The translations under genes and the position numbers were made by a program. Source: the human T2T-CHM13v2.0 reference genome, Homo sapiens. From it: a DNA stretch of 64,000 bases. Each line of letters opens with the position of its first letter. Position 1 is the stretch's first letter. Positions 40,097 to 57,558 of this stretch are shown here, piece by piece. The stretch lies in NCBI RefSeq assembly GCF_009914755.1, contig NC_060930.1. One strand, written 5' to 3'. The notes below the pieces were generated by a model that worked only from the letters and a program-made list of their open reading frames with translations, had not been told where the DNA came from and ran no database searches.

Positions 40097-40170
40097 ATGG
40101 ATTGCTTTTTAGCAATAGAGCTGCTTTCTAGTGGTAAAGGAAGGGGTCACCTGAAAAATAGGACATTTTT

Positions 40171-40647
40171 ATTAAAATAAAGTTCTCTTAGCGTTTGTGG
40201 AATCTGCCGAGCCATTTTGTGGAAATTGGGATCCATATCTGGAGACACTTCCCAAGGCCTGCCTCACCTCCACCCCCTGCCCACCTTGATCCATGCTCCT
40301 TTGACCTCGTGTGAGAACCCCTTTGCCAGAGTGAGACGTGTGCAGAATGAACTAAGCCCCAGAGGGTTTTAATGGCTTGCCTGCTGTTTCCCACATAAAC
40401 TACCTCAGGAGTCACTGTAAAATAAACTGGCCTTGTTGTCTTAGTGTTTTTATTTAAAATGTTCCCTGTCCAGCGGGGCCAGCTTCCCAGGTTCAGGTTT
40501 CTTTAGACAAAACCAAGCAAAGTCAAGGGTACCTTCAGATGTTAGGGGATAACCTCTGGGAGAGCCCTTTCTCCCCCTGCCCTTCTGAATTACCAGCGGG
40601 GGGCCTTAGTGCCCTTCAATTTGTCTTCACAAGTGTGGATGAATAAA
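40171..40647 (+). terminator. MTRES1: Tandem polyadenylation signals of MTRES1
   Basis: Overlapping ATTAAA/AATAAA at 40171-40181. AATAAA at 40421-40426 with a GT/T-rich downstream element. A further AATAAA at 40642-40647. Confidence 0.75.
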
Positions 40648-40705
40648 GTTGTTCCAGCTAATTTCAAACCAGCTAGTTAGAGCCCATTTGAAATGATTAG
40701 TTTAG

Positions 40706-41186
40706 CAGGGGTCCATAAACGAAGGCAGCCAAAGACTTGTTTTTCTATGGCCCTTGAGCCAAGAATGGTTTTTACATCACACACACAGGCGCATGCACAC
40801 ACACACACAGCCAGAGACCTTCTGTGGCCCACAAAGCCTAAAATACTTACTTTAAAAAAACTAAATTTTTTGGCGGGGCACAGTGGCTTACACCTGCTAA
40901 CTCGGCATTTTGGGAGGCCAAGGCAGGTGGATCACTTAATCCCAGGAGTTTGAGACCAGCCTGGGGCAACATAGTGAGACTTCGTCTCTCTCTTAAAAAA
41001 ACGCCATATTTTTGTAGAGGAGGGTTCTCGCTCTGTTGCCCAGGCTGTTTCCAACTCCTGAGCTCAGGTGACTGTCTCACTTCGGCTTCCTAAAGTGCTG
41101 GGATTACAGGCATGAGCCACTATGCCTGGCCAAAGCCTAAAATATTTACTATCTACCCCTTTACAGAAAAAGTTTTTTGACCCCTA
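40706..41186 (+). mobile_element. MER58-like hAT-Charlie element carrying an inverted pair of Alu monomers
   Basis: caggggtc...gaccccta ends. The motif aaagcctaaaata(c/t)ttact is duplicated around the insert (40833-40851 / 41132-41150). Confidence 0.8.
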
Positions 41187-41491
41187 GTTTAGAGTAATAG
41201 GTAAGGGTTTAATTTTCGGGTGAAAGCAAACATACCTGTTTTATCAATGAAGAGAATAAAACCAATTCTAATTCTCAAAGTGTCATAAAATGGATGAAGG
41301 CTTAGCAGAGTAGTGTGGCGGGGTAGACACACACATAATGTACGTCATCTAAGAAAGGACTTATGGATGAGTAGGCCAGGCTATAGATTCCCAGGAGCTG
41401 TTTCCTGGCACTTGGAGAGATCACCTCCAATAAGAGACTTGTTAGATTATGTCACATCGAAAAGACTGGCTGGTCCAGGCGCAGTGGCTCA

Positions 41492-41779
<288 letters not shown>

Positions 41780-41814
41780 TTATTTGTCCCCCAGGAACTC
41801 CCGAGAATCCTTAA

Positions 41815-42177
<363 letters not shown>

Positions 42178-42352
42178 TGAGACACCGCACATGGCCTACC
42201 AGCTTGTTTTTCAAAAGACTCAAGAAAATTGATTTTTATTTGAAAAGTTAAACTCTCAGAAAGAAATAATATATACTATGCAGTGTAACGGGGGGTTTTC
42301 TATTTTACCATTTGTGAATTTGGCTTTATTGAGTCATCAGTAAAAATAGTAG

Positions 42353-42694
<342 letters not shown>

Positions 42695-43578
42695 TAATTT
42701 AGGAAATTAGATGCCCATATCTTTTCTCATCTTCTCCTTCCTCCCACCTCCCCTTTACCTTCCCCCTCCCCCCTTCCTTCCCATCTCTGGACTTCTCTTT
42801 GGAAAGTGATCAGAAAATCTACGAAACCCTGGTTGGTGAGGGCAGCACAATCTAGTGATGTCAGGGGTCCTGGCATTCAGGCCCAGTCCTGCCATTAGTA
42901 CACTGGGTTATCTTGGTCATAGTTTCACCTTAACCTCTCTGAGCTGGTTTCCTCACTGGTCAAATGGGGATCAAGGTACTGATTGTTCTTTTTTTTTTTT
43001 TTTTGAGACGGAGTCTCGCTCTGTCACCCAGGCTGGATGGAGTGCAGTGGCTCGATCTCGGCTCACTGCAAGCTCCGCCTCCAGGGTTCACGCCATTCTC
43101 CTGCCTCAGCCTCCTGAGTAGCTGGGACTATAGGCACTCACCACCACGCCTGGCTAATTTTTTGTATTTTTAGTAGAGACGGGGTTTCACCATGTTAGCC
43201 AGGATGGTCTCGATCTCCTAACCTCGTGATCCGCCCGCCTCGGCCTCCCAAAGTGCTGGGATTACAGGCGTGAGCCACCGCGCCTGGCCTAAGGTACTGA
43301 TTGTTCTATCTTGTGTCTCAAAAAAGAAAGTTAAAATGTGTAGTATGAGGTAAGATGCATTGACAGTAGCTAGAAAACAGGGCCATTTGAAAGGCTTTTT
43401 GAAGTTCTATTGGTCATTAGTACCTCAACTTAGCTGCTTGGGAGGGTTTCATTGGCCCATTCAAACCTTCTGTTTTTTAAAAAAAACAAAGGCACTGTTC
43501 ATGCCTGTAATCACAGCACTTTGGGAGGCCGAGGTGGGCGGATCACCTGAGGTTAGGAATTCGAGACCAGCCTGACTA

Positions 43579-43932
<354 letters not shown>

Positions 43933-44094
43933 TCACGCCTGTAATCCCAGCACTTTGGGAGGCCAAGGCGGGCAGATCACAAGGTCAGGAGATCAAGACC
44001 ATCCTGGCCAACATGGTGAAACCCCGTCTCTACTAAAACACAAAAAAACAATTAGCCAGGTGTGGTGGCGGGCGCCTGTAGTCCCAGCTATTCA

Positions 44095-44259
<165 letters not shown>

Positions 44260-44515
44260 TTAAAAAAAATGTTAAAAATAATAAACTATTGCCTACCCAT
44301 CTATGTAAATTTCCAGGGAAACTAGTAAATGCTATTTTAAAAAAATTTTTTTATTATCTTTTTATTTTTCCCTACTTTCAAGCTAACAAGTTATAGTAAA
44401 TGCTGTTTGGCAGGGAAATGCAGTTAGCACCATGTTTCCTACAGGAGATCTGTTCCTTTTGAAAGGATTACCGTTACTGGTAAAAGAGCTGGCTGGGGTC
44501 AGGTGCAGTGGCTCA

Positions 44516-44866
<351 letters not shown>

Positions 44867-45123
44867 TTAAAAACTGCAGACACTAGCAATATTTTCAGAC
44901 TTTCCTGGGAAAGCAAGAACTATATCTTAGATTAAAAAAAACAATTTGGGGTCGAGCACAGTGGCTCAGGCCTGTAATCCCAGCACTTTGGGAGGCTGAG
45001 GCGGGCAGATCATGAGGTCAAGAGGTCAAGACAATCCTGGCCAACATGGTGAAACCCGGTCTCTACTGAAAATACAAAAACTAGTTGGGCATAGTGGCAC
45101 GTGCCTATAGTCCCAGCTACTCA

Positions 45124-45309
<186 letters not shown>

Positions 45310-45433
45310 TCAGGGTGATCCTGAGGTCAGGAGTTTGAGACCAGCCTGGCCAATATGATGAAACCCCGTCTCTACTAAAAATACAAAAAAATAGCTGGGT
45401 GTGGTGGCGGGCACCTGTAATCTCAACTACTCA

Positions 45434-45538
<105 letters not shown>

Positions 45539-45587
45539 TCAAAAAACAAAACAAAAACACAATTCTTCCTTGTCACCCTAATTAGAA

Positions 45588-45790
45588 CAGGGTTCCTCAA
45601 CCTCAGCACTATTGACATTTTAAGTCAGATAGGTATTTGCTGTCCTGTATATTGGAGGGTGTTCAGCAGCATGCCTGGCCTCTACCTACACGAGGCCCAC
45701 AGCACCTCTTCAGTCATGACCACCAAAAATATCTCCAGATATTGCCAAACTTCCCCAGCAGGAAAAATCATCTCCAGTTGAGAACCACTG
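45588..45790 (+). mobile_element. MER20-like hAT-Charlie element
   Basis: cagggttcctcaacc...gttgagaaccactg with an 8-bp TSD aattagaa / cattagac. Confidence 0.85.
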
Positions 45791-46278
45791 CATTAGACAT
45801 TTTTTTCTTTAATCTTTTCATATGTTGGTCACATTTTTCACTGAGGAAGCCTTGCCAGGACCACATTAAAAGGCAGTTATCATTTGGGTCTAGTAATGAG
45901 TTCCAAGAGCTCCATAAATCTTTATGAATTGCTTTCATGTTTCTCTGTTTCATAAAGATGTTCCAAGTCCTGACTAAATTTTTGTATTTTTAGTAGAGAC
46001 GGGGTTTCAGCATGTTGGCCAGGATGGTCTCAATCTCCTGACCTCATGATCTGCCCGCCTCGGCCTCCCAAAGTGCTGGGATTACAGGTGTGAGCCACCG
46101 CGCCCGGCCTGGGGGATAATTTTAAAGTCATGGTTTATTTGGGCAATAGTCGTTGGGGAGGAGATAGAAACATTACTGGCTTTCAAGAAACTGGAAGTGC
46201 CGGGTGCAATGGCTCACACCTGTAATCCCAGCACTTTGGGAGGCAGAGGCGGGCAGATCACCTAAGGTCGGGAGTTCA

Positions 46279-46591
<313 letters not shown>

Positions 46592-46914
46592 TTAAATTTT
46601 ACAAATGGCATTATTATATTTCCTCTTGCATGTTCAGGATGTTTTTTAAGATCCATTCATGGCATTATGGGTACATTGAATCCACTGCTTCTCACTGCTG
46701 CAGGATAAAGACCAAAGTGCATCCACCATGCACTTTGCTTACCCATGCTCCCAGTGACACTGTCCCAAACTGTACCCAGTTCTCCTCTCGACAAATAACA
46801 TAGCACTTCTATCCACCAGAATGGCTGCACTGGCTGCTTTCCCACAGGAGAGTGCCTTAGACCCATCACCTCAGCCCCTGGCATTACTCAGCTTTCTAAT
46901 TTTTGCCAGTATAA

Positions 46915-47231
<317 letters not shown>

Positions 47232-47908
47232 TAGCTGGGATTACAGGTGCCCGCCACCATGCCCAGCTATTTTTTTGTATTTTTAGTAGAGATGGGGTTT
47301 AACCATGTTGGTCAGGCTGATCTCGAACTCCTGACCTCGTGATCCACCCGCCTCAGCCTCCCAAAGTGCTGGGATTACAGGCCTGAGCCACCGCGCCCAG
47401 CCGTAAAGAGATTATTTTTTAACATGAACTCCTCATAACTTTTTTTTCTCCTTTTTTTTTTCTTGACATGAAGTCTCGCTCTGTCACCCAGGCTGGAGTG
47501 CAGTGGCATGATCTCAGCTCACTGCAACTCTGCCTCCCGGGTTCAAGCGATTCTCCTGCCTCAGCCTCCTGAGTAGCTGGGATTACAGGTGCGCACAACT
47601 ACGCCCAGCTAATTTTTGTATTTTTAGTAGAGACGGGGTTTCACCATGTTGGTCAGGCTGGTCTCGAACTCCTGACCTCATGATCCACCTGCCTCAGCCT
47701 CCCAAAGTGCTGGGATTCTGTATGGATGCTGAGCCACCGCGCCCAGCATAACATCTTTCTTATACACACAAGCCTCACAGCCTGCTGCTTCTGCCTTTTG
47801 GTACGATCTTGGCTCACTGCACCTTCTGGCTCCTGGGTTCAAGCAATTCTCCTGCCTCAGACTCCTGAATAGCTGCGATTATAGGGGTCCACCACCACGC
47901 CTGGCTAA

Positions 47909-48058
<150 letters not shown>

Positions 48059-48792
48059 TAAAGTTGATGAGACCTTCCCTAAGGTAGACAAGTGAAATCC
48101 TAAAGACCACAGTCAAGGCCGGACCACAGGTGTCTAAAATGGAGAATTTCTGTTTAGAGGTCCGGTAAGGACTCTCTTCTGGAGTCTCACTCAGAGGAGT
48201 CACTATTAGACGCTTCTTCACAGAATGCATGTAGAATTTTTGTTAGGATTGTAGGAGAAATCCCTTAATTTTTTTTTTTTTTAGTAACCCTTATTTTACT
48301 TAAATCCTTTAATTCTTGATTCTAAGACAGACAAATGAAAGGTGGGGCTGAAATGATAGTGGCCAACTCTTTGGACGTAAGCAATGCAATCAGCATGAAC
48401 TACCTGAGGAGAAGGCACCCATCACTAGGGCCTTCCTTACCTATGCTGAAGTATATGCCTCTTTACGCATGGAACTGTGCCTGGGCTGAGATTTCAGCTT
48501 GTCAAAACCAAGGAGGAGAGGCATGTCTAATACCCTGTGTCAAAAAGAGCACAAGCTATACCAGAAACACACACCAGAAACACCAGGGCTCTTGAATTCT
48601 GCTGTCAGCACTCACAGCACACTTAGCAACTATGTTTCAGTCTCTGGAGAAACAGGAGTCAGGAAATACTGTAGTCCCGCAGGTGTGCCTCAGGCCAGAG
48701 CCCAGCCTAATTCCATCTGCGATGGCCTCAGCTGTCTGCACTGTGAGGAGGAGCCAAGCTTCCCAGTCTGGTTCTATCCTCGTACATGTTGA

Positions 48793-49029
<237 letters not shown>

Positions 49030-49032
49030 TAA

Positions 49033-49173
<141 letters not shown>

Positions 49174-49370
49174 TAACTACCAACTCACGAGGTTGGGACT
49201 TGTTAGAATTATGGATCACTGCCCAGCAGATAGCTGGTCCTCCAAATGTATTTGCTGAATAAATCAACTGCCTTAGAGGCAGAGATATTCTTACTGCATT
49301 CCTTAGTCTATTTTCTGTGGCTTTGAAAGGTTTCCTGGTTTTGGGGGGGGGTTTACTTTTTGTTTTTTGA

Positions 49371-49589
<219 letters not shown>

Positions 49590-49799
49590 TAATCCACCTG
49601 CCTCAGCCTCCCAAAGTGCTGGGATTGCAGGCGTGAGCCCCTGCACCCGGCCGGTTTCCTGGGTTATACTCTCTCACCAGGGCGATCCAGAAGCCCAGAA
49701 ATAGTGGACAGTCAGCAAAACCCCAAGTTAAATCACAGGAACCACTAGGCAGAGAGACAGAGAAATTGATTTACTTGGCACAGCTACATAAGTGGCAGC

Positions 49800-50020
49800 A
49801 GAGAGTTGAAGAGCACAAACTTTGGAGTCAGCCTGGCCTTCGTTAGAAGCCCCAGCTCTGCCAGCTATTTGACCTTGGCCAAGATATTTAACTCTGGAAG
49901 CATCCATTTCCCCATCTATAAAATGGGTTTCTGTAAGGATTAAATGAAATGGCATATATCAAGTTCCCAGCAACATCCCTGACCCAATACAGGTGCTCAA
50001 AAATGGGAGCTATTATTAGA
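49800..50020 (+). mobile_element. MIR SINE
   Basis: gaccttggccaagatatttaactct...cccatctataaaatggg core. Confidence 0.75.
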
Positions 50021-50487
50021 AACAGAACTCTGATTTCAGGACCCGTGGCCACTTCTGAATCCACAAGAGTCACACTGTAGGAGCTCCTGGAAGGACAGGC
50101 TGTAGCGTTACACGCTCTCAACCTCTATTAGGAACACAGTTCACCATCAGGAATACAAAGACTGTTTAGAAGAACAAATGAATTCTTAATCCCCAAAATC
50201 AACAGACAGCCTTCCCTGTGAAGAAACGTTCTGTCAAGTGCTGTATGTGGCCAGTGCCCATAAGCCCTGATGGTGAAGCATTAGTAAACCGGCCTCTTCC
50301 CACCGGCCTGAAAGCTAAGATTTAGTTTCCTAAGCTAAAGATTTAGTTAAAGCAGCAGTCAGTTTTATTTGAATACAACAGGAAACCACAGATTTCAACT
50401 CAGATCTGTTGCTAATACCCAGGAAAATGCTAACCTTTCAGTTTCTCTACCACACACAGCACATTTTGGGAAGATACCTATAGTGCC

Positions 50488-50670
50488 TTGGTCCTCCCCT
50501 GCGGTTCCAGGACAAGCAGCGCCAGCATCACCTGAGAACTTGTTAGACATGCAAATTCTTGGGCCCCACCCCAGACCCTCTGCATCAGAATCTCTGCGGG
50601 TGGTTCACGGCGATCTGTTTTAACTTGTTCCTTGGTGATTCTGATGCAGGTAAACTCTTGAGACCCACTG
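50488..50670. mobile_element. MER5A-like element
   Basis: cagcatcacctgagaacttgttagacatgcaaattcttgggccccaccccagacc...gagacccactg. Confidence 0.8.
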
Positions 50671-51131
50671 CAGCAGTGGATGCAGACAGAATCCCACCCA
50701 AACCCCTTTACCAGAGCACCCACGCCCTGGCTGCTGAGGGCTGACTGCTAACCACCACAGCGGCACCTCTGGAGCCTTGTCCTGGCCAGAGGGACAGGGA
50801 CACTACCCCTTTCCCAGGGAAGACCTCGGAGAACAACCCACCAGCAGCCCCTTTGCCTCAACCAGAACTAATTCTGCCATACAATTCACATTGCAGGGCT
50901 TCCTCATGGAGGAGAGTGTGGCTAGACTGCATTGGAGACCACAATCTTGGTTCTCGCCTTCCCCGGTTCTCTTCCTTTCCTGAGTCCTGTCTCCTGACAG
51001 CACGCCCTCAATTAATGGCCTAAGAATCTCAGTCTCTGCCTCTGCTCCTAGGGAACCTGACCTACGGCAGTTACTTTCACATTCTTAAAAAAAAAAAAAA
51101 GTTCACAATTGCTATAATTATTTAGAATTAG

Positions 51132-51574
<443 letters not shown>

Positions 51575-52036
51575 TAAAGTGCTGGGATTACAAGAGTGAG
51601 CCACCGCGCCCACCCTAATTCTATTATTTACATTCATTAGCTCCCAAGGCTCTGTCATTGAAGCTTAATTCTAAAACAAGCACTCCTATATCTAAGATCA
51701 GACACACTGGGGCTTAGAGGATGGGAGTGATAGACACCACTGCTGACTTGCAATTGTTTTAGGATCTGAGTCTTGTGTATTGTGGCTTGGGTATGATGGA
51801 AATCAGAGGCCAACTTGGGCTCAAATCCTGGCACCGCCAATTTCCAGTTGTGTGAACTTGAGCAAGAAACCAACTTCTCTCCTTACCACAAAACTGAGTT
51901 AATAACAGTGACCACAGCAATGAGTTTTTATGAGAAGCAAATGAGATAATGTAGACACCATTTGCGTCCCTAGCTTTCTTACCTGTTAACAAGGCATAAT
52001 TATGGTACTTACCTCACAAGGCTTTTGAAAGGATAA

Positions 52037-52288
<252 letters not shown>

Positions 52289-54029
52289 TAAGTAGCTGGG
52301 ACCACAGGTGCTCACAACCACACCCAGCCAATTTTGGTATTTTCAGTAGAGACGGGGTTTTACCATGCTGGCCAGGATGGCATCGAACTCCTGACCTCAA
52401 GTGATCCTCCCGCCTCGGCCTCCCAAAGTGCTGAGATTACAGGTGTGAGCCACCACGCCGGCCCAGATATTCCAGACTTATCTGAAAGCTCCTTAGAGTC
52501 CACTGCATTTCACCATTCCAATGATCATGATAATCTGGTGTCGAGTTCTTATTTCTGAGAACTAGATCTTACAAGTATACTCTCACTGAAATACTCTGTG
52601 AATGTTCTTTTTGGAAGAAGACAAAGATACCCACAGCCACAAGAGTCTCAAAGAATTTAGCTTTTCCTCACTTCTTGCTTAAACTGGCTAGTGGATTTAG
52701 CATTTGGAGGTTCAGGTCCAGCACCCAACCAAGGCACACCTGCTGAGAAGGTTTACAGCACAGATGTGCTGGCTGTATAGATTTCAAGGCTATCAAATAA
52801 GCAAATACTCACTGTAGTAAGTGTTTCAATCACGAGCCACCAACTACTTTATATCTTCTGATCCCTGGGCCAAGGAAGTTTCTCTGACATCTTGAGATAG
52901 AATTTTTACTCTATATGTTATATATATATAAATATATTACATCTAATGTATAATATTATATATATTTAAAAATATATAAATATATATATTTTTTTCCTTG
53001 AGACAGAGTTTCTGTTGCCCAGGCTGGAGTACAGTGGCATGATCTCGGCTCACTGCAACTTTGCCTCCCACGTCCAAGCGATTCTCCCACCTCAGCCTCC
53101 CGAGTAGCTGAGATTACAGGCATGCACCACCATGCCTGGCTAATTTTTATATTTTTAGTAGAGATGGGGTTTCACCATGTTGGCCAGGCTGGTCTCAAAC
53201 TCCTGACTTCAGGTGATCCACCCACCTTGGCCTCCCAAAGTGTTAGGATTACAGGTGTTAGCCAACGCACCTGGCCTAATTATTACTATAAAATATTAAG
53301 TTTAATGATTTATAATTAGCCAAAGAGAAGAGAAGGTGAGGGAAAACATCCCTTTTTACAAATAATAATACATGAGGCCGGGCACAGTGGCTCACACCAG
53401 TAATCCCAATACTTTTGGGGGTTGAGGTGGGAGGATTACTTGAGGCCAGTGGTTTGAAACCAGCCTGGGTAACATGGTGAGGTCACATCTCTACAATAAT
53501 AAAACTAGCCAGGCATGGTAGTGTGGGCCTGTAGTCCCAGCTACTTAGGAGTCTGTGGCAGGAAGATCACTTGAGCCCAGGAAGTCGAGGCTGCAGTGAG
53601 CCATGATTATACCACTGCACTCTAGCAGGGTTGGGGCGGCGGGAAACTAAAACCCATTTGATCCAAAGTGAAAAAAAAAAAGGCGGTTAAATGAAAATGA
53701 AACTCTGCTGGCTTTGCAGGACTGGCCTGGCACCTGACCAGGAAAGGTTAAAAAAGGTCAAACAAGCCTCCCACTACATGGCCAGGAAGTGGTTTGTGGA
53801 GAAATGGTTTGGAGGATTTATCTGGCAATTTCTCATTCATTCAGCTGTGGCCAAACTGAAATCCTATGAGCTGTACCCCTGACACGTAGAGTATGGAAGC
53901 CCCAGAAGCTGAAATCCCCCGGAATATTCACGTTCTTCCCTGGGAGGTGGGTGAGGAGGCCACGCACAAAGACAAATAGACCAAGACATATTCTGAGAGA
54001 CCAGTGCTCTAAGAAAATAACATGTTACG

Positions 54030-57000
54030 AGACCATGTTTTTCTATTTTTATAACATTTTATATAACTCATAAAACAGTGTTTGTATAAAAATTCACACA
54101 AAGTTGCTAGAGAGCATACAATTTCCAAAAATGTCCTGGGTTTTTGTTACATTCAGTTTCCTAAGGATGCACTCCAATCTATGGTAAAATGCAGACATGA
54201 TGCGAGATTTCATTATCTTTGGTAAAACTATTCTCATTATTTTGTCTCCTCACAGTATTAAGTCTGATATCCACTTTGTGCAGGGTCTGCTATTACTAGG
54301 ATGTCAGAAAAACATTAAGGCTGGATCTACGAGAGGCAAGTATTTCCCAACAGCAGTAATAGCCCCTTGGCCCTCACCCCCACTTCATGTATCTATACAG
54401 TCGATCTACACAGCCAGGCGGGGTGCAAGCTCACGACCTCCACTCGGGAGTCTCGAGATCCCCTCTTGACTGGGAAAGAAGCAAACATTTGTGGGGAACG
54501 TTGGAAACGGAGGCCATCTCTAAATGAACCCAGTGGTCATGCTGTGGTGTGGTCAGACCAGCAACTTTTACCAATTAAATAGCCAATCTATTCACCACTA
54601 AGTAGATCCCATTGGTTGGTTGGTTGATGATTGCTGCTGATGTGGTTCCCCACTCCCCACAAACATAAAAGGAAAGGAAGGTTTGGAGCCAACACCGAAA
54701 GGGGAGGGGCACGCTAGCGCAAATGACACCAGACACGACTTTATTCCCTGTCAAACATTTGTTGTCCTGTAGACACAGCCAAGGTGAACTGAAGGGGGAT
54801 GCGAACACTCAGTACATTCGTGACTATCTTCATACATTCTTTAAAAACTTACAGAGAAATCAATGAAGACTACCACCTACTGTGACTTACTAGTTCATTC
54901 AACATCAAAACGTGTCTGTGCTAATCTTTTAGTCCTTGGGATACAAGGCCAAAAAAAAAAAAAAAAAATCCAAAAAACAAACAACTAAAAACCAAAGAAT
55001 TTAGATGTGGGGGAAGGAAAGCGACTGCCAACAGGTTTCATGGAACACATTAAATTTTGAAAAAATAAGTATTTTGTACTTCTATTGCTTCATGTAAAAA
55101 ATTTAAAATAAAAAAATGCCCACTGGAGCCACCTGTATGGATGGAGAAGTGAGGACACCATACAGACAGGGCAAGGACCTGCAGGCGTTTCCTGACGACA
55201 GTCCAGAGATGGTGAGAGTTCCCACGTGTGTCCACTTCTCTTCACAGAAAGGGACTGTAAGATTCTGGGGGAAGATGCCCTACACATGTAAGGTATTAAG
55301 AAAATCACTGAAATACGGTTTCCAAAAATTGAACATGCTCTGGGTTACAAAGAGACATATTTAATTCCTAGAACCTGTTGATTTCTCTAACAGGGGTAGA
55401 TGGGAGTTTCAAAAAAATTATTAATAAATGATTGTGCTTCTAAAGTTGCAGGGTCAACATTCCACCCTCTAGAAAGCAGGGCAATTCATGGCTTGGAGTC
55501 CTCGTTTACATCCTAGAAACCAGAACAAATTCCATGGGACCTCCCGCCTCCAGCCCCCAACAACCAGCGGTGGGAAGGGGGAGGTGGTGGGAGAGGGCCA
55601 CAGCTGTCTTTGGGTAGGGTGCGTGTGTGTGCATGCTGTGTGCATGTGCTGGAGAGACTAAGGCATAGAGAAGGGCCCAAGCGAGGGGGGAAAGTGAGTC
55701 TCCTGGCTGCTCCAGTCCCTCCTTTCCAGGCACAAAGAAGTTGAACTTGTTATTCGTGTAGGCCCCCTTCATCTCACTTCAGCTTTTAGTAAGCAGTGCG
55801 TGTGTGCATGAGTAGCTGTGTAAGACAGAGAGTCATTCAGTCCCTGTGCCTTTCTAAATCTGTTTGCAGTTTCAACAGAAATAATCTGTAAATGACACTT
55901 AGGAGCAAATTTACTAGTTAGATCAGCAACTTAACATTGCTTTTAAAATCCTGTATTTTAAAAAATGCTCCTGGGTACAGGCAAAATTATGTCATACAGC
56001 CACTGGAACTGAAGTTCTTATCAGCTGAATGAAGAAAATCCAGATTGTTTCTGTTATCTCTGCATTTTAAAGTAGCAAAATATTAAGCCATCCCACAGGG
56101 GTTCTATGACTACCCTGTGTGATTCAATAAATTTTCCAGGACTCTGGTATGACATACTGTTTGCATTCGACTGTTTCCTTTCCCTCTTAAGCATTTGGCC
56201 CCCAGAGTTAGGTAGGTAAAAGTATCATTTTAAAGGACTTTACCTGTCAGGGGATTTCCCAGTTGGTGCTCCTGGAGAGCATGCAGCTGGCCTGCAGGAG
56301 CCTGACATTCCCAGTCGGGAGGGAACGAAGACATGTGCCCCCCAAGGCAGGGGGTGGCCAGGTATAGGACAGCAGGACCTTCTAGAGAGTCCAAGAGGAA
56401 AGTTCTGAGTGGACCCTGGGAAGGGACATGTGTACCCCATCTAAAATGGCCTGTGTCCTTCCAATGCATGGTATCCCCAAGAGGGGCCCAGACCTGGGCC
56501 CGCCCTGAGGAATGAGGATGTAGTACTGCCTGGAGTAGCTAACACTGAGGTCTGGGGAAGTCACCACAAAGCTCCCGGAACCTGGATTTTGTACAAATAC
56601 ACACACGGAAAAGTAAACAGTTCATGGTGAGCTCAAAGAGGCCCACCCTTAAATCTAACAAGAAGCCAAAAGCCCCTGCACTGTTTTCCAAGGAAACATG
56701 TCCACTCCCTCCAACCAGCAACCATGTATGGAGAAGGAATGGGGGCAGCGGAAGGACACGGCTCAGATGGAGACACTGCGAACGTGTTTCCACGGCTGTC
56801 TACATTCATATCATCATCATCCAGTGTTCTCGCCTAAAGAGTGACACAACATTCTACCAACGCGCCTGAAGGACAGGCCAAGCTGAACGGAAGCCTTCCC
56901 TGGCACCAGAGCAGAAGGGAAAACTTGCATGTGGTCGTAAAGGACTTCGCACTATTCCATCCCCTCTACTGCCATCCAAGGGGCATCTTGACTCTTCCAA

Positions 57001-57558
57001 AATCAGATGTAAAAAACAAGGTCAGTAAAATCAGTATCCATGCCACCTGAAGCTATGATTAGCCACTGTGCACGAACATGGCACTTTTAAAGAGATTTTT
57101 TTCTAAGTAAAATGGCCCCCAAAGAGCCCAATGATTTTTTTTAAGGGTTTCTTTTTAATTAAAAAAAAATGGGTCAAAATGGAAGATGTAAAATATGGGA
57201 AGAGGGGCAAGAGAGTTGCTGGGTTTGCATTATAAGCTGTGAGGGGCTGGGGAGGGCACAACCAGGGAGAGAGGACCCCTAACCTCTGGTCCCTGCCCTC
57301 ACAGCTTGCTCTCCCCACACTCAGGCTGCCCCGCCGGGGCACATAGGACAGAAGTTGTAAGTACAAGAGACCAAACTCAAGGCTTCTTTCTTGCGGTTGG
57401 GTGGGTGTTTACGTGTGCAAATGTAGTAAGCCACTCCCCACGGACATAAGGTGCCTGTCTGTGGATGCCATAGGCGTGCTCCCAAGTATTGCTCAGTCCC
57501 AAGGGTGCCCATCGCTCAGCCTCTGGTGACCCCGAATCTCTGGGCAGGTCACGGGCCT
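54030..57558 (-). other. BEND3: BEND3 3'UTR (distal end approximate)
   Basis: Alu-free unique sequence downstream of the stop, with U-rich tracts on the minus strand. Variant TATAAA signals near 54048-54063. Confidence 0.65.

Noticed and set aside
40092-40097. AATAAA overlapping the MTRES1 stop codon as the main polyA signal
   Set aside because: It arises from the AAA-TAA codons. The downstream signals have better GT-rich elements.
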